A DNA stretch of 32,588 nucleotides from Nitrospiria bacterium (GCA_039914845.1 JBDSOK010000008.1:1-32588), one strand, 5' to 3'. Positions 1 through 17,204 are shown, counted from the first letter of the stretch. Notes: generated from the sequence alone by a model not told the origin. Numbers and translations: made by a program.

Positions 1-498
1 CGAGGCGGTGGCGATTTTCCCGTCCAGCGTCGCGGCAAATTTGAGCGTCACGAACGGCCGACCGGTCGTGATCCATGAGCGATAGGCGTCGTTGAGGCGG
101 CGGGCCTCGGCGGCCAGCAGACCGACCGTGACGTCGAGCCCCGCCCGACGCAATTGACGGATGCCCCGGCCGTTGACGGACGGATTGGGATCGCGCATCG
201 CGATGACGACCCGCGCCACGCCGGACGCGACGATGGCGTCAGTGCAGGGCGGCGTGCGTTTCGGAAAGTGACCGCAGGGCTCAAGCGTGACGTAGAGGAC
301 GGCACCTCGGGCCAGCGGTCCGGCGGCCTTGAGGGCGTGCACCTCCGCGTGAGGCGCACCGGCGCGGCGATGATAGCCTTCACCGACGATCCGTCCCCCG
401 CGCGCCACGACGGCGCCGACCATCGGATTGGGACTGGTGCGGCCCCGCGCCCGCGCCGCCAAGCTGAGCGCGCGGCGCATATACGCCTCGTCGGACAT
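1..498 (-). CDS. ribD: Riboflavin biosynthesis protein RibD, N-terminal deaminase part (3' end runs off the window)
   Basis: Absent from the ORF track because it is open at the window edge. My translation of the reverse strand from the ATG at 498 reads MSDEAYMRRALSLAARARGRTSPNPMVGAVVARGGRIVGEGYHRRAGAPHAEVHAL...VTLEPCGHFPKRTPPC...RPFVTLKFAATLDGKIA. This carries the HAE...PCxxxxxxxxC zinc-deaminase signature and the typical RibD N-terminus, leading into the reductase domain. Confidence 0.85.
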   Translation of the reverse strand, partial: MSDEAYMRRALSLAARARGRTSPNPMVGAVVARGGRIVGEGYHRRAGAPHAEVHALKAAGPLARGAVLYVTLEPCGHFPKRTPPCTDAIVASGVARVVIAMRDPNPSVNGRGIRQLRRAGLDVTVGLLAAEARRLNDAYRSWITTGRPFVTLKFAATLDGKIATAS

Positions 499-507
499 CG
501 GCGGTGG

Positions 508-536
508 ATTATGGGGGAACCGTCATCACCTGTCAA
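508..536 (-). promoter_or_regulatory. Putative sigma-70 promoter of ribD (TTGACA-N17-CATAAT)
   Basis: The reverse strand reads TTGACA (536-531), a 17-nt spacer, then CATAAT (513-508). Only 9 nt (ccaccgccg, no SD) separate the -10 hexamer from the ribD ATG at 498. Confidence 0.45.
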
Positions 537-547
537 CGCGGACCGCA

Positions 548-672
548 GGAGCCTGTCCATGAGCGGCCATCTGCTGCGTTGTCGCTGCGCTCCGGTCCTC
601 ACGTACGACCCCGTACGCTGCGGTCCGGTGCTCGCTCCGCCTGGCATCCGGCGCGCTGCTGAACAGCCGGTC
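548..672. repeat. Family-A intergenic repeat, copy A1 (REP/MITE-like)
   Basis: Aligns by eye along its length with 25291-25414. Shared blocks are GCCTGTCCATGA, GCGTTGTCGCTGCGCTCCGGT, CTCACGTACGA and TCCGGTGCTCGCTCCGCC, with a CTGAACAG end. Confidence 0.7.
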
Positions 673-682
673 GGTGGTCAGG

Positions 683-716
683 GCTCAGACCACGAACAAC
701 GCACAACACACAACGC
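683..716. repeat. Family-B CAAC-rich element, single arm (upstream of rpmG)
   Basis: ACCACGAACAACGCACAACACACAACGC contains the ACGAACAAC 9-mer also found before tuf and rpsZ. No complementary GTTG arm is seen here. Confidence 0.35.
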
Positions 717-748
717 AGTTTTCTTCATTATAAGTAGGGAGTCGATCG

Positions 749-898
749 ATGCGAGAGATCGTGACTATCGCGTGTTTGGATTGTAAAGAACGGAATTATT
801 CAACGACGAAGAACCGTCGGAATACGCCCGACCGCTTGGAGTTGAAAAAGTATTGTAATCGGTGCCGCAAGCAAACGGCTCACAAAGAAGTGAAATAG
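749..898 (+). CDS. rpmG: 50S ribosomal protein L33 (Cys4 zinc-ribbon form)
   Basis: Too short for the ORF track. ATG at 749 follows GGGAG and gives [49 protein letters not shown], ending at TAG 896-898. The position upstream of tRNA-Trp-secE-nusG is canonical. Confidence 0.9.
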   Translation: MREIVTIACLDCKERNYSTTKNRRNTPDRLELKKYCNRCRKQTAHKEVK

Positions 899-914
899 CG
901 AGCGCGGTGACTAT

Positions 915-991
915 AGGCCAGTAGCTCCAACGGCTAGAGCAGCGGTCTCCAAAACCGCGGGATGGGGGTTCGAATCCCTCCTGGCCTGCCA
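915..991 (+). tRNA. trnW: tRNA-Trp (anticodon CCA), CCA end encoded
   Basis: Cloverleaf folded by hand. Acceptor AGGCCAG/CTGGCCT, D stem GCTC/GAGC, anticodon stem GCGGT/ACCGC with loop CTCCAAA, T arm GGGGG-TTCGAAT-CCCTC, discriminator G plus CCA. The location before secE is classical. Confidence 0.93.
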
Positions 992-1113
992 TCCTCGCTT
1001 GTGCGAAGGCATGCCGGCGCGGCGATCAGTGTCGGGGCTGCCGGCGGTTGGGGGATGAGGCCGAACACGAGGGGATTGCCCGGGACGGGTTGAGGCGTGG
1101 GGAGTACGAACGG

Positions 1114-1308
1114 ATGAAGAAACTGATTGCCAACATGAAGGAGTTTTTCCGCGAGGTTGGGGCGGAGTTGAAGAAGGTGTCGTATCCGACTCGGAACGAA
1201 ACCGTGGGCTCCACGACGGTGGTCCTCATCTTCGTCGCGGTGGTCTCGTTGTTCTTGTCCGCGATGGACGCGGTCTTGGTCAAGTTGGTCGCCCGGATTA
1301 TCGGCTGA
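1114..1308 (+). CDS. secE: Preprotein translocase subunit SecE
   Basis: ORF 1048-1308. I place the start at ATG 1114, preceded by GGGGAG. The product is MKKLIANMKEFFREVGAELKKVSYPTRNETVGSTTVVLIFVAVVSLFLSAMD..., a single-TM short SecE. The stop overlaps the nusG start. Confidence 0.85.
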   Translation: MKKLIANMKEFFREVGAELKKVSYPTRNETVGSTTVVLIFVAVVSLFLSAMDAVLVKLVARIIG

Positions 1309-1859
1309 TGGAACCGACAGAGGCTGTGGCGATGGAGTGGTACGTAGTACACACCTATGCAGGATTCGAGAATCGCGTCAAGCAGAGCATTGAAGAGCGA
1401 TCCAAGACCTATGGACTGACCGAACACATCCGCAAGGTCATGATTCCGACCGAGGAGGTTGTCGAAATCCGCGAGGGCAAGCGGCGGATGTCCACCAAGA
1501 AGTTTTTCCCGGGCTATGTGCTCGTCGAGATGGTGATGAACGATGAGACGTGGCAGCTCGTCAAAAATACGCCGAAGGTGACCGGATTCGTGGGCGGAGG
1601 CGGCACCGCGCCCTTCCCGGTGACCAAGGATGAAATGGACACCTTGCTCAACCAGATGGATTCGACGACCGTCAAGCCGCGCAGCAAAACCCAGTTCCAA
1701 AAAGGCGAAAACGTCCGAATCATCGACGGCCCCTTCCTGGGATTTAACGGGCTGGTAGACGAGGTGCATCAAGAGCACGCGAAGGTGAAGGTGCTGGTGA
1801 GTATTTTCGGCCGTTCAACGCCGGTCGAATTGGGGTTTCTTCAAGTCGAAAAAGTCTAA
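1308..1859 (+). CDS. nusG: Transcription termination/antitermination factor NusG
   Basis: EWYVVHTYAGFENRV... NGN domain and C-terminal KOW (GENVRIIDGPFLGFNGLVDEV). The ATG at 1308 overlaps the secE stop. ATG 1332 (MEWYVV), preceded by AGAGG, is an equally plausible start. Confidence 0.92.
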   Translation: MEPTEAVAMEWYVVHTYAGFENRVKQSIEERSKTYGLTEHIRKVMIPTEEVVEIREGKRRMSTKKFFPGYVLVEMVMNDETWQLVKNTPKVTGFVGGGGTAPFPVTKDEMDTLLNQMDSTTVKPRSKTQFQKGENVRIIDGPFLGFNGLVDEVHQEHAKVKVLVSIFGRSTPVELGFLQVEKV

Positions 1860-1887
1860 CACGCTCAACGCGACGGAAGGATAACGT

Positions 1888-2328
1888 ATGGCGAAAGTCG
1901 TCACCGCGATGGTCAAGCTGCAAATTCCCGCCGGTAAGGCCAATCCCGCGCCGCCGGTCGGGCCGGCGCTCGGGCAGCACGGCGTCAACATTATGGAGTT
2001 TTGCAAGACCTTCAATGCCCGGACCCAGCCGATGGGCGATTCGATCATTCCGGTGGTGATTACGATCTATGCCGATCGGACGTTTACGTTCATCACCAAA
2101 ACGCCGCCGGCCTCCGACCTGTTGAAGAAGGCGGCGGGAGTCATCAAGGGGTCGGCGACGCCGAACAAGGATAAAGTGGGCAAAGTGACCGCCGCACAGA
2201 TTCAGGACATTGCCAAACTCAAGTTGCCGGACCTCAACGCGATTGACGTGCCGGGGGCGATCAAAATCATTGAGGGGACGGCCCGCAGCATGGGTTTGCT
2301 GGTCACGCCCTCCGCTGAAAGGAAATAA
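1888..2328 (+). CDS. rplK: 50S ribosomal protein L11
   Basis: [43 protein letters not shown] is the L11 signature, and an AAGGA RBS precedes the start. Confidence 0.97.
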   Translation: MAKVVTAMVKLQIPAGKANPAPPVGPALGQHGVNIMEFCKTFNARTQPMGDSIIPVVITIYADRTFTFITKTPPASDLLKKAAGVIKGSATPNKDKVGKVTAAQIQDIAKLKLPDLNAIDVPGAIKIIEGTARSMGLLVTPSAERK

Positions 2329-2331
2329 GCG

Positions 2332-3024
2332 ATGGGCAAGAAATTCGAGGCCGCAAAGAAGCAGGTACAGCCCCGCCTCCACGATCTCCGTGAGGCGCTG
2401 GATTTGGTGAAGTCGGTCAATTTCGTGAAATTCGACGCGACGGTGGACATGGCGGTGCGGCTGGGCGTCGACCCCAAGCACTCCGATCAGATGGTTCGGG
2501 GATCCGTCGTGCTGCCTCATGGCGTGGGAAAGACCGTGACCGTGCTCGTGTTTGCGAAGGGCGAAAAAGAGCGCGAGGCGCAGGAGGCGGGAGCGGATTT
2601 CGTCGGTGCGGACGATATGGCCGAGCGGATCACCAAAGGCTGGCTGGGTTTCGATCGCGTGGTCGCGACGCCTGATTTGATGGGGTTGGTCGGGCGATTG
2701 GGAAAAATCTTGGGACCCCGCGGCTTGATGCCGAATCCCAAGACCGGCACCGTGACGTTCGACGTGGCGCGCGCCATCAAGGAAATCCGGCAGGGCAAGG
2801 TGGAATATAAGGTCGAGAAGGCCGGGATTGTTCACGTATTGGTGGGCAAAGTCTCGTTCGAGGGCTCCAAGTTGCACGACAATGCGGTTGCGTTGTTGGA
2901 ATCGATCATGAAGGCCAAGCCGTCGGCGGCCAAAGGAACCTATATGCGATCGATCACCGTCTCGTCAACGATGGGGCCGGGGGTGCGGATCGACGCGGCG
3001 AGTATCGGCAAGCAGTTTGCGTAG
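2332..3024 (+). CDS. rplA: 50S ribosomal protein L1
   Basis: The 230-aa product has typical L1 sequence ([27 protein letters not shown]...) and follows rplK. Confidence 0.97.
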   Translation: MGKKFEAAKKQVQPRLHDLREALDLVKSVNFVKFDATVDMAVRLGVDPKHSDQMVRGSVVLPHGVGKTVTVLVFAKGEKEREAQEAGADFVGADDMAERITKGWLGFDRVVATPDLMGLVGRLGKILGPRGLMPNPKTGTVTFDVARAIKEIRQGKVEYKVEKAGIVHVLVGKVSFEGSKLHDNAVALLESIMKAKPSAAKGTYMRSITVSSTMGPGVRIDAASIGKQFA

Positions 3025-3039
3025 GGCTTGGGGAAATAA

Positions 3040-3173
3040 GTTTTAGCAGGCTGCTCAAAAAGCTCCAGATGCAAGGCCGCAGGGAGGAGGAAACCGGAGC
3101 GTACTGGTTCGTACGTGAGGATTTCCGACGACCGAGAACGCAGCAGATGGACTTTTTCAGCAGCCTGTTGAAG
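3040..3173. repeat. Family-A intergenic repeat, copy A2 (opposite orientation to A1/A3)
   Basis: Terminal inverted repeat: AGCAGGCTGCTCAAAAAG at the left versus CTTTTTCAGCAGCCTGTT at the right. The core shares CAGATGCAAGGC, CCGGAGCG and GTTCGTACGTGAG with the reverse complement of A3. Confidence 0.7.
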
Positions 3174-3378
3174 TAGATCGTGCGTCGAAGACCGTAGGAG
3201 CCTTCGGGCATAAACGACGGGTGGCAAGCCACCTGGCGTCCTACCGAGACGAGCGAAGGGATCCAACCACGACATCGAGTCTTCGGGCTCAGCCGGGAGA
3301 CTTGGCGTCGTGGTTTGACCGTTCGTCGGAACGGGGGCGCCGGGGCGCTCGCCGCGCCGATGAAAGGGGGGAGGAACT
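3174..3378 (+). promoter_or_regulatory. Probable rplJ (L10) leader region
   Basis: The rplA-rplJ spacer is 354 nt, where the L10(L12)4 autoregulatory leader normally lies. Local stem-loops are visible, for example GGTGG-CAAG-CCACC. The call rests on position, and I could not verify the motif itself. Confidence 0.3.
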
Positions 3379-3915
3379 GTGAAGGGCAAGACTGAGAAAG
3401 CGGCGCTGATCGACGACATTCACGGCCGATTCGCGAGGGCCCAGGTCGCGGTGTTGGCGGAATACCGGGGACTGGGTGTCGAGGATTTACGCGTCTTACG
3501 GACGAAGTTGCGGACGGCGGGCGGCGAATTTAAGGTCGTCAAGAACACCCTGGCCAAGAAGGCCGCCGAAGGGACCGGTCTCATGGAGATGCGCGAGCAT
3601 TTCGATGGGCCGATCGGGGTGGCGCTGGGCTATAAGGATCCTGCCACGCTCGCGAAAGCGCTCAAAGACTACGTCGGGCAGCAGGACAAGCTCAAATTGC
3701 GCATCGGCGTGCTGGATGGGCGTCTGCTGGACCTGGCGGGGCTCAGCCGGGTGGCCGCGCTGCCGTCGCGTCAGGTGTTGTTGGCGCGATTGGTCGGGCA
3801 GATGCAGGCCCCGGTTTCCGGATTGGTCGGCGGGCTGCAGGGCATCATTAGGAAATACGTGGCGACCTTGGATGCCGTGCTCAAGCAGCGGACGGCCGCG
3901 GGCGCCGGCGAATAA
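3379..3915 (+). CDS. rplJ: 50S ribosomal protein L10
   Basis: GTG start after GGGAGG. The 178-aa product contains [20 protein letters not shown]...[12 protein letters not shown], typical of L10. Confidence 0.95.
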   Translation: MKGKTEKAALIDDIHGRFARAQVAVLAEYRGLGVEDLRVLRTKLRTAGGEFKVVKNTLAKKAAEGTGLMEMREHFDGPIGVALGYKDPATLAKALKDYVGQQDKLKLRIGVLDGRLLDLAGLSRVAALPSRQVLLARLVGQMQAPVSGLVGGLQGIIRKYVATLDAVLKQRTAAGAGE

Positions 3916-3979
3916 CGACGAATCATGGATGACGGGTGGGGTTCATCCGTCTCACACCTCGAGGATAGGGAGAATGGGC

Positions 3980-4366
3980 ATGGCGACCATGACGAATGAA
4001 GACATTATCAAAGCGGTGGAAGTGATGCCGGTCCTGCAGTTATCGGAACTGGTGAAGGCGCTGGAAGATCGGTTCGGCGTGACGGCGGCGGCTCCGATGG
4101 CGATGATGGCGGCTCCGGGCGCGGCGGCGGGCGCGGCGGTTGTCGAGGAGAAGACGGCGTTCGACGTCATCTTGACCACGGTGCCGGCCGACAAAAAGAT
4201 TCAGGTCATCAAGGTCGTGCGCGAGCTCACCAGCCTCGGCTTGAAGGAAGCCAAGGACTTGGTGGAGGCGGTGCCGAAACCGGTGAAGACCGGCGTGGCG
4301 AAGGAAGAATGCGAGACGATGAAGAAGAAGCTGGAGGAAGTCGGCGCCAAGGTCGAAGTGAAATAA
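3980..4366 (+). CDS. rplL: 50S ribosomal protein L7/L12
   Basis: This is the C-terminal part of track ORF 3476-4366. I place the start at ATG 3980, 6 nt after GGGAGA. The product reads [34 protein letters not shown]...A-rich hinge...[28 protein letters not shown] 3974 or 3989 are possible alternatives. Confidence 0.93.
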   Translation: MATMTNEDIIKAVEVMPVLQLSELVKALEDRFGVTAAAPMAMMAAPGAAAGAAVVEEKTAFDVILTTVPADKKIQVIKVVRELTSLGLKEAKDLVEAVPKPVKTGVAKEECETMKKKLEEVGAKVEVK

Positions 4367-4405
4367 GGGCGGTTCACTGAACGTATCCAAGCGGTCGGGG
4401 TGAGA

Positions 4406-4444
4406 GTCGCCCGCGCGATGAGGCTTGGCCCGCGCGCGGGCGAC
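4406..4444 (+). terminator. GC-rich stem-loop in the rplL-rpoB spacer (possible attenuator or processing site)
   Basis: A perfect 12-bp stem, GTCGCCCGCGCG (4406-4417) pairing with CGCGCGGGCGAC (4433-4444). No U-tract follows. The position matches the rplL-rpoB attenuator known in E. coli. Confidence 0.35.
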
Positions 4445-4469
4445 GGCGTTCCGACAAGAGGGGGATTGC

Positions 4470-8441
<3,972 letters not shown>

Positions 8442-8447
8442 GTGCGG

Positions 8448-8467
8448 GGGCGACGGCCGCGTCGCCC
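8448..8467 (+). promoter_or_regulatory. Stem-loop in the rpoB-rpoC spacer
   Basis: GGGCGAC-GGCCGC-GTCGCCC forms a 7-bp stem. The function is unknown. Confidence 0.25.
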
Positions 8468-8490
8468 TTCCACCCATAGGGGGGATAGCC

Positions 8491-12633
<4,143 letters not shown>

Positions 12634-12680
12634 ACGAGCGCGGCCGGATCGGTCGTCTCCGGTTCGCGCTTGGAAATTGC

Positions 12681-12709
12681 TTGACACTGGATGGGGGATT
12701 CACTATAAT
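12681..12709 (+). promoter_or_regulatory. Consensus sigma-70 promoter of the str operon (rpsL-rpsG-fusA-tuf)
   Basis: TTGACA (12681-12686), an exact 17-nt spacer, then TATAAT (12704-12709), about 95 nt upstream of the rpsL start. The inverted repeat GGGATT...AATCCC overlaps the -10 hexamer. Confidence 0.6.
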
Positions 12710-12804
12710 CCCAAAGTTTTTCGCCGAGTATCGGCGCTCACAAGCTGTTGGAGCCGAATTGGGGGCTCCGCAGGGTGAGGCCGCAAGATGACCGGAGTGC
12801 ATAC

Positions 12805-13176
12805 GTGCCGACGATCAATCAATTAGTCCGACAAGGGCGGTTTCAGGCCAAAGCCAAGACGAAGTCTCCCGCCTTAAAAGGCGCGCCGCAGCGACGCGGG
12901 GTCTGTGTCCGTGTCTACACCACCACTCCCAAGAAGCCCAACTCCGCGTTGCGGAAGGTGGCGAGGGTGCGGTTGACGAATGGGATGGAGATCACCTCCT
13001 ACATTCCCGGCGTGGGACATAATCTGCAGGAACACTCCATCGTCTTGGTCCGAGGGGGCCGCGTGAAAGATCTCCCCGGCGTGCGGTACCACATCGTCAG
13101 GGGGACGCTCGATACGCAGGGCGTCCAGAATCGCAAGCAGGGTCGATCCAAATACGGCTCGAAGACGCCGAAATGA
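12805..13176 (+). CDS. rpsL: 30S ribosomal protein S12
   Basis: GTG at 12805 lies 7 nt after GGAG and gives (V/M)[11 protein letters not shown]...[18 protein letters not shown], 123 aa. The upstream part of track ORF 12748-13176 is non-homologous. Confidence 0.95.
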   Translation: MPTINQLVRQGRFQAKAKTKSPALKGAPQRRGVCVRVYTTTPKKPNSALRKVARVRLTNGMEITSYIPGVGHNLQEHSIVLVRGGRVKDLPGVRYHIVRGTLDTQGVQNRKQGRSKYGSKTPK

Positions 13177-13206
13177 CCGGTCAGGCTCCCATGAAGGAAC
13201 GAATCA

Positions 13207-13677
13207 ATGCCCCGTCGTAGAATTCCCGTCCGTCGAGAAAGCGCCCCCGATCCCCGCTATAGCGATCGGTTGGTGGGCAAGTTCATCAATACGTTGATGA
13301 CCAAGGGTCGCAAGAGCGTCGCGGAGGGATTGTGCTATCGCGCGTTCGAGGTGATGAAAACCAAGACCAATACCGACCCGCTCAAGCTGTTCAAGACGGC
13401 GGTCGACAATATCAAGCCCGTGTTGGAGGTCAAGTCGCGCCGGGTCGGCGGCGCGTCGTACCAGGTTCCGGTGGAGGTCCGTCCGGAACGGAGGGTCTCC
13501 CTGGCGCTGAGATGGCTGGTGGTGTACGCCAAACAGCGGAGCGGGCATTCGATGGAAGAGAAGATCGCCTCGGAACTGATGGACGCGTCGAACAACACCG
13601 GCGGCGCCGTCAAGAAACGTGAAGATACGCACAAGATGGCGGAGGCGAATAAAGCGTTTGCGCATTATCGCTGGTAG
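13207..13677 (+). CDS. rpsG: 30S ribosomal protein S7
   Basis: MPRRRIPVRRESAPDPRYSDRLVGKFINTLMTKGRKSVAE is typical S7. Length is 156 aa. Confidence 0.97.
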   Translation: MPRRRIPVRRESAPDPRYSDRLVGKFINTLMTKGRKSVAEGLCYRAFEVMKTKTNTDPLKLFKTAVDNIKPVLEVKSRRVGGASYQVPVEVRPERRVSLALRWLVVYAKQRSGHSMEEKIASELMDASNNTGGAVKKREDTHKMAEANKAFAHYRW

Positions 13678-13828
13678 GGCATCCTTCAGCGCCCGGTAGG
13701 TCGCGGCGCGATCGTTCCTCACCGCATAACGGCAAGCAGGAGGTAGGGGTCATGTCGGTCGAACCCCTGCGGTTTCGTTTTCGTGAAGGGTTTTTGCGGT
13801 GGTCATGCAGTATGAAGGGGGTCGGTAG

Positions 13829-15910
13829 GTGGCGCGTCAATTTCCTTTAGATAAAACCCGCAACATCGGCATCATGGCGCACATCGATGCGGGCAAGACC
13901 ACGACCACCGAGCGGATCCTCTTTTACACCGGCGTGACCCATCGCATCGGCGAAGTGGATGAAGGATCGGCGACGATGGACTGGATGGAGCAGGAAAAGG
14001 AGCGCGGGATCACCATCACCGCCGCCGCCACGACCTGTTTCTGGAAGGACCATCGCATCAATATCATCGATACGCCGGGCCACGTGGACTTTACCATCGA
14101 GGTGGAGCGCTCGTTGCGGGTTTTGGACGGCGCGGTGGCGGTCTTCGATTCGGTGCAGGGCGTGGAGCCGCAGTCGGAGACGGTCTGGCGGCAGGCGGAC
14201 AAATATCGCGTCCCGCGCATCGCCTTCATGAATAAGATGGATCGCACCGGCGCCGATTTCTTCGAAAGCGTGCAGTCGCTGGTCGATCGCCTCGGCGTCC
14301 GCCCGGTCTGTCTGCAGCTTCCCATCGGCAAAGAGGGCGGGTTTCGCGGTCCCGTCGATCTGCTCACGATGAAGGGTATCTTCTTCGACGATGAGACCTT
14401 GGGCGCGAAGTTCGTCGTGGGGGACATTCCCGCCGACATGGCCGATCAGGCGGCGGAATACCGCGACAAAATGATCGAGGCGCTCGCCGATTGCGACGAT
14501 GTGGTGATGGAGCATTATCTCAAGGGCGAGACGCCCACGATTGAAGAACTCAAGACCGCGATTCGTCGCGGCGTGATGGATATGAAAGTCGTGCCCATCC
14601 TGTGCGGGGCGTCGTTTAAAAATAAAGGCGTGCAATTGCTGCTCGACGCGGTCGTGGATTTTCTTCCGTCCCCGTTGGATGTGCCGCCCATGATCGGGAT
14701 CGACGTCAAGACTCAGCAGGAAATCACGCGGCGGCCCGATGACAATGAGAAGTTCTCCGCGTTGGCGTTTAAGATCATGACCGATCCGTTTGTCGGGCAA
14801 TTGACCTTCTTTCGCGTGTACTCGGGCACCCTGCGGTCCGGGTCGTATATCTACAATGCGACCAAGGACAGCAAAGAGCGGATCGGCCGCATCCTGAAGA
14901 TGCACGCCAATAAACGCGAGGAAGTGAAGGAAATGTACGCCGGAGAGATCGGCGCGGCGGTCGGTTTGAAGGGCGCAACCACCGGCGACACGCTCTGTGA
15001 CGAGGATTTTCCGATTTTGCTCGAGGTGATGAAATTCCCCGAGCCCGTCATCCAGATGGCGATCGAACCCAAGACCAAGCCCGACCAGGAAAAGATGGGC
15101 CTGGCGCTCCAGAAACTGGGCCAGGAAGATCCGTCCTTGCGCATCACCACCGACGAGGAAACGGCTCAGACCCTCATCGCCGGTATGGGCGAGCTCCATC
15201 TCGAAATCATCGTCGACCGCTTAAAGCGGGAATTTAAAGTCGAGACCAACGTCGGCAAGCCGCAGGTCGCCTATCGGGAGACCATCCGCATTCCGGCCTC
15301 CGGCGAAGGCAAGTACATCCGCCAAACCGGCGGTCGCGGTCAATACGGTCACGTGTATCTGGACATCGAGCCGCAAGAGCCCGGCAAGGGATTTGAGTTC
15401 GTGAACAAGGTTGTCGGCGGATCGGTCCCGAGGGAGTACGTGCCGGCGGTGGAAAAGGGCGTGCGCGAAGCCATGGAGAGCGGCGTGGTGGCGGGCTACC
15501 CGATGGTCGACATCAAGGTCATGATCGTGGACGGGTCGTATCACGACGTGGACTCGTCCGAAATGGCGTTTAAGATCGCCGGTTCCATGGGATTTAAAGA
15601 GGCGGCGCGGAAGGCCAACCCGGTTCTTCTTGAACCGATCATGACGTTGGAAGTCATCGTGCCCGAGGACTATATGGGCGACGTCATCGGCGACTTGAAT
15701 TCGCGACGCGGCAAGATTCAAGGAATGAAAGGCCGCGGCACGGCGCAGGTGATCGCGGCGGTGGTGCCGTTGTCCGAGATGTTCGGATACGCCACCGACC
15801 TCCGTTCGAAGACACAAGGACGTGCGACGTTCACGATGCAGTTCGCGCATTACGATATGGTGCCGAAGCTGATCGCCGATCAGATCGTGGCGAAAGTCAA
15901 GGGGGAATGA
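13829..15910 (+). CDS. fusA: Elongation factor G
   Basis: GTG start. The product has [24 protein letters not shown] and DTPGHVDF GTPase motifs. Length is 693 aa. Confidence 0.97.
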   Translation: MARQFPLDKTRNIGIMAHIDAGKTTTTERILFYTGVTHRIGEVDEGSATMDWMEQEKERGITITAAATTCFWKDHRINIIDTPGHVDFTIEVERSLRVLDGAVAVFDSVQGVEPQSETVWRQADKYRVPRIAFMNKMDRTGADFFESVQSLVDRLGVRPVCLQLPIGKEGGFRGPVDLLTMKGIFFDDETLGAKFVVGDIPADMADQAAEYRDKMIEALADCDDVVMEHYLKGETPTIEELKTAIRRGVMDMKVVPILCGASFKNKGVQLLLDAVVDFLPSPLDVPPMIGIDVKTQQEITRRPDDNEKFSALAFKIMTDPFVGQLTFFRVYSGTLRSGSYIYNATKDSKERIGRILKMHANKREEVKEMYAGEIGAAVGLKGATTGDTLCDEDFPILLEVMKFPEPVIQMAIEPKTKPDQEKMGLALQKLGQEDPSLRITTDEETAQTLIAGMGELHLEIIVDRLKREFKVETNVGKPQVAYRETIRIPASGEGKYIRQTGGRGQYGHVYLDIEPQEPGKGFEFVNKVVGGSVPREYVPAVEKGVREAMESGVVAGYPMVDIKVMIVDGSYHDVDSSEMAFKIAGSMGFKEAARKANPVLLEPIMTLEVIVPEDYMGDVIGDLNSRRGKIQGMKGRGTAQVIAAVVPLSEMFGYATDLRSKTQGRATFTMQFAHYDMVPKLIADQIVAKVKGE

Positions 15911-15925
15911 GGGCACGGAAAAGCG

Positions 15926-15999
15926 ACGGCGTTGTGAGTTGTCGGTTGTTGGTTGCTGGTGATTGCGGACAACGAACAACGGACAACGGATAACGACGT
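15926..15999. repeat. Family-B GTTG/CAAC hairpin element, copy B1 (fusA-tuf spacer)
   Basis: The GGCGTTGTGAGTTGTCGGTTGTTGGTTG arm is imperfectly complementary to CAACGAACAACGGACAACGGATAACGACG. The first ~22 nt nearly match copy B2. Confidence 0.6.
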
Positions 16000-16013
16000 T
16001 AGGAGAATCGAAG

Positions 16014-17204
<1,191 letters not shown>

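Noticed and set aside
729-734. TATAAG as a -10 box for rpmG
   Set aside because: There is no acceptable -35 element at the right spacing (it reads ACACAC). The implied transcription start would also fall inside the rpmG Shine-Dalgarno sequence.
499-748. Possible FMN riboswitch upstream of ribD
   Set aside because: I could not find the conserved FMN-element core in the reverse-strand sequence. The space is taken by a promoter 9 nt from the ATG and by repeat A1. A covariance-model scan is still needed for certainty.
48-786. Track ORFs 48-647 (-) and 154-786 (+), 199 and 210 aa
   Set aside because: Both are out of frame with the clearly homologous ribD reading frame (1-498, minus). Both run through the promoter region and repeat A1. 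Their Arg/Pro/Gly-rich composition is typical of wrong-frame translation in high-GC DNA.
765-992. ORF 765-992 (-), 75 aa
   Set aside because: It lies antisense to rpmG and to the tRNA-Trp gene, so it is a shadow ORF.
1026-2877. Antisense ORFs 1026-1778 (-) and 1744-2877 (-), 250 and 377 aa
   Set aside because: They lie opposite secE/nusG/rplK/rplA, which have unmistakable homology, and their composition is R/H/L/P-rich and nonsensical.
3476-3979. N-terminal 168 codons of track ORF 3476-4366
   Set aside because: This part overlaps rplJ in another frame. Only the 3980-4366 portion is L7/L12.
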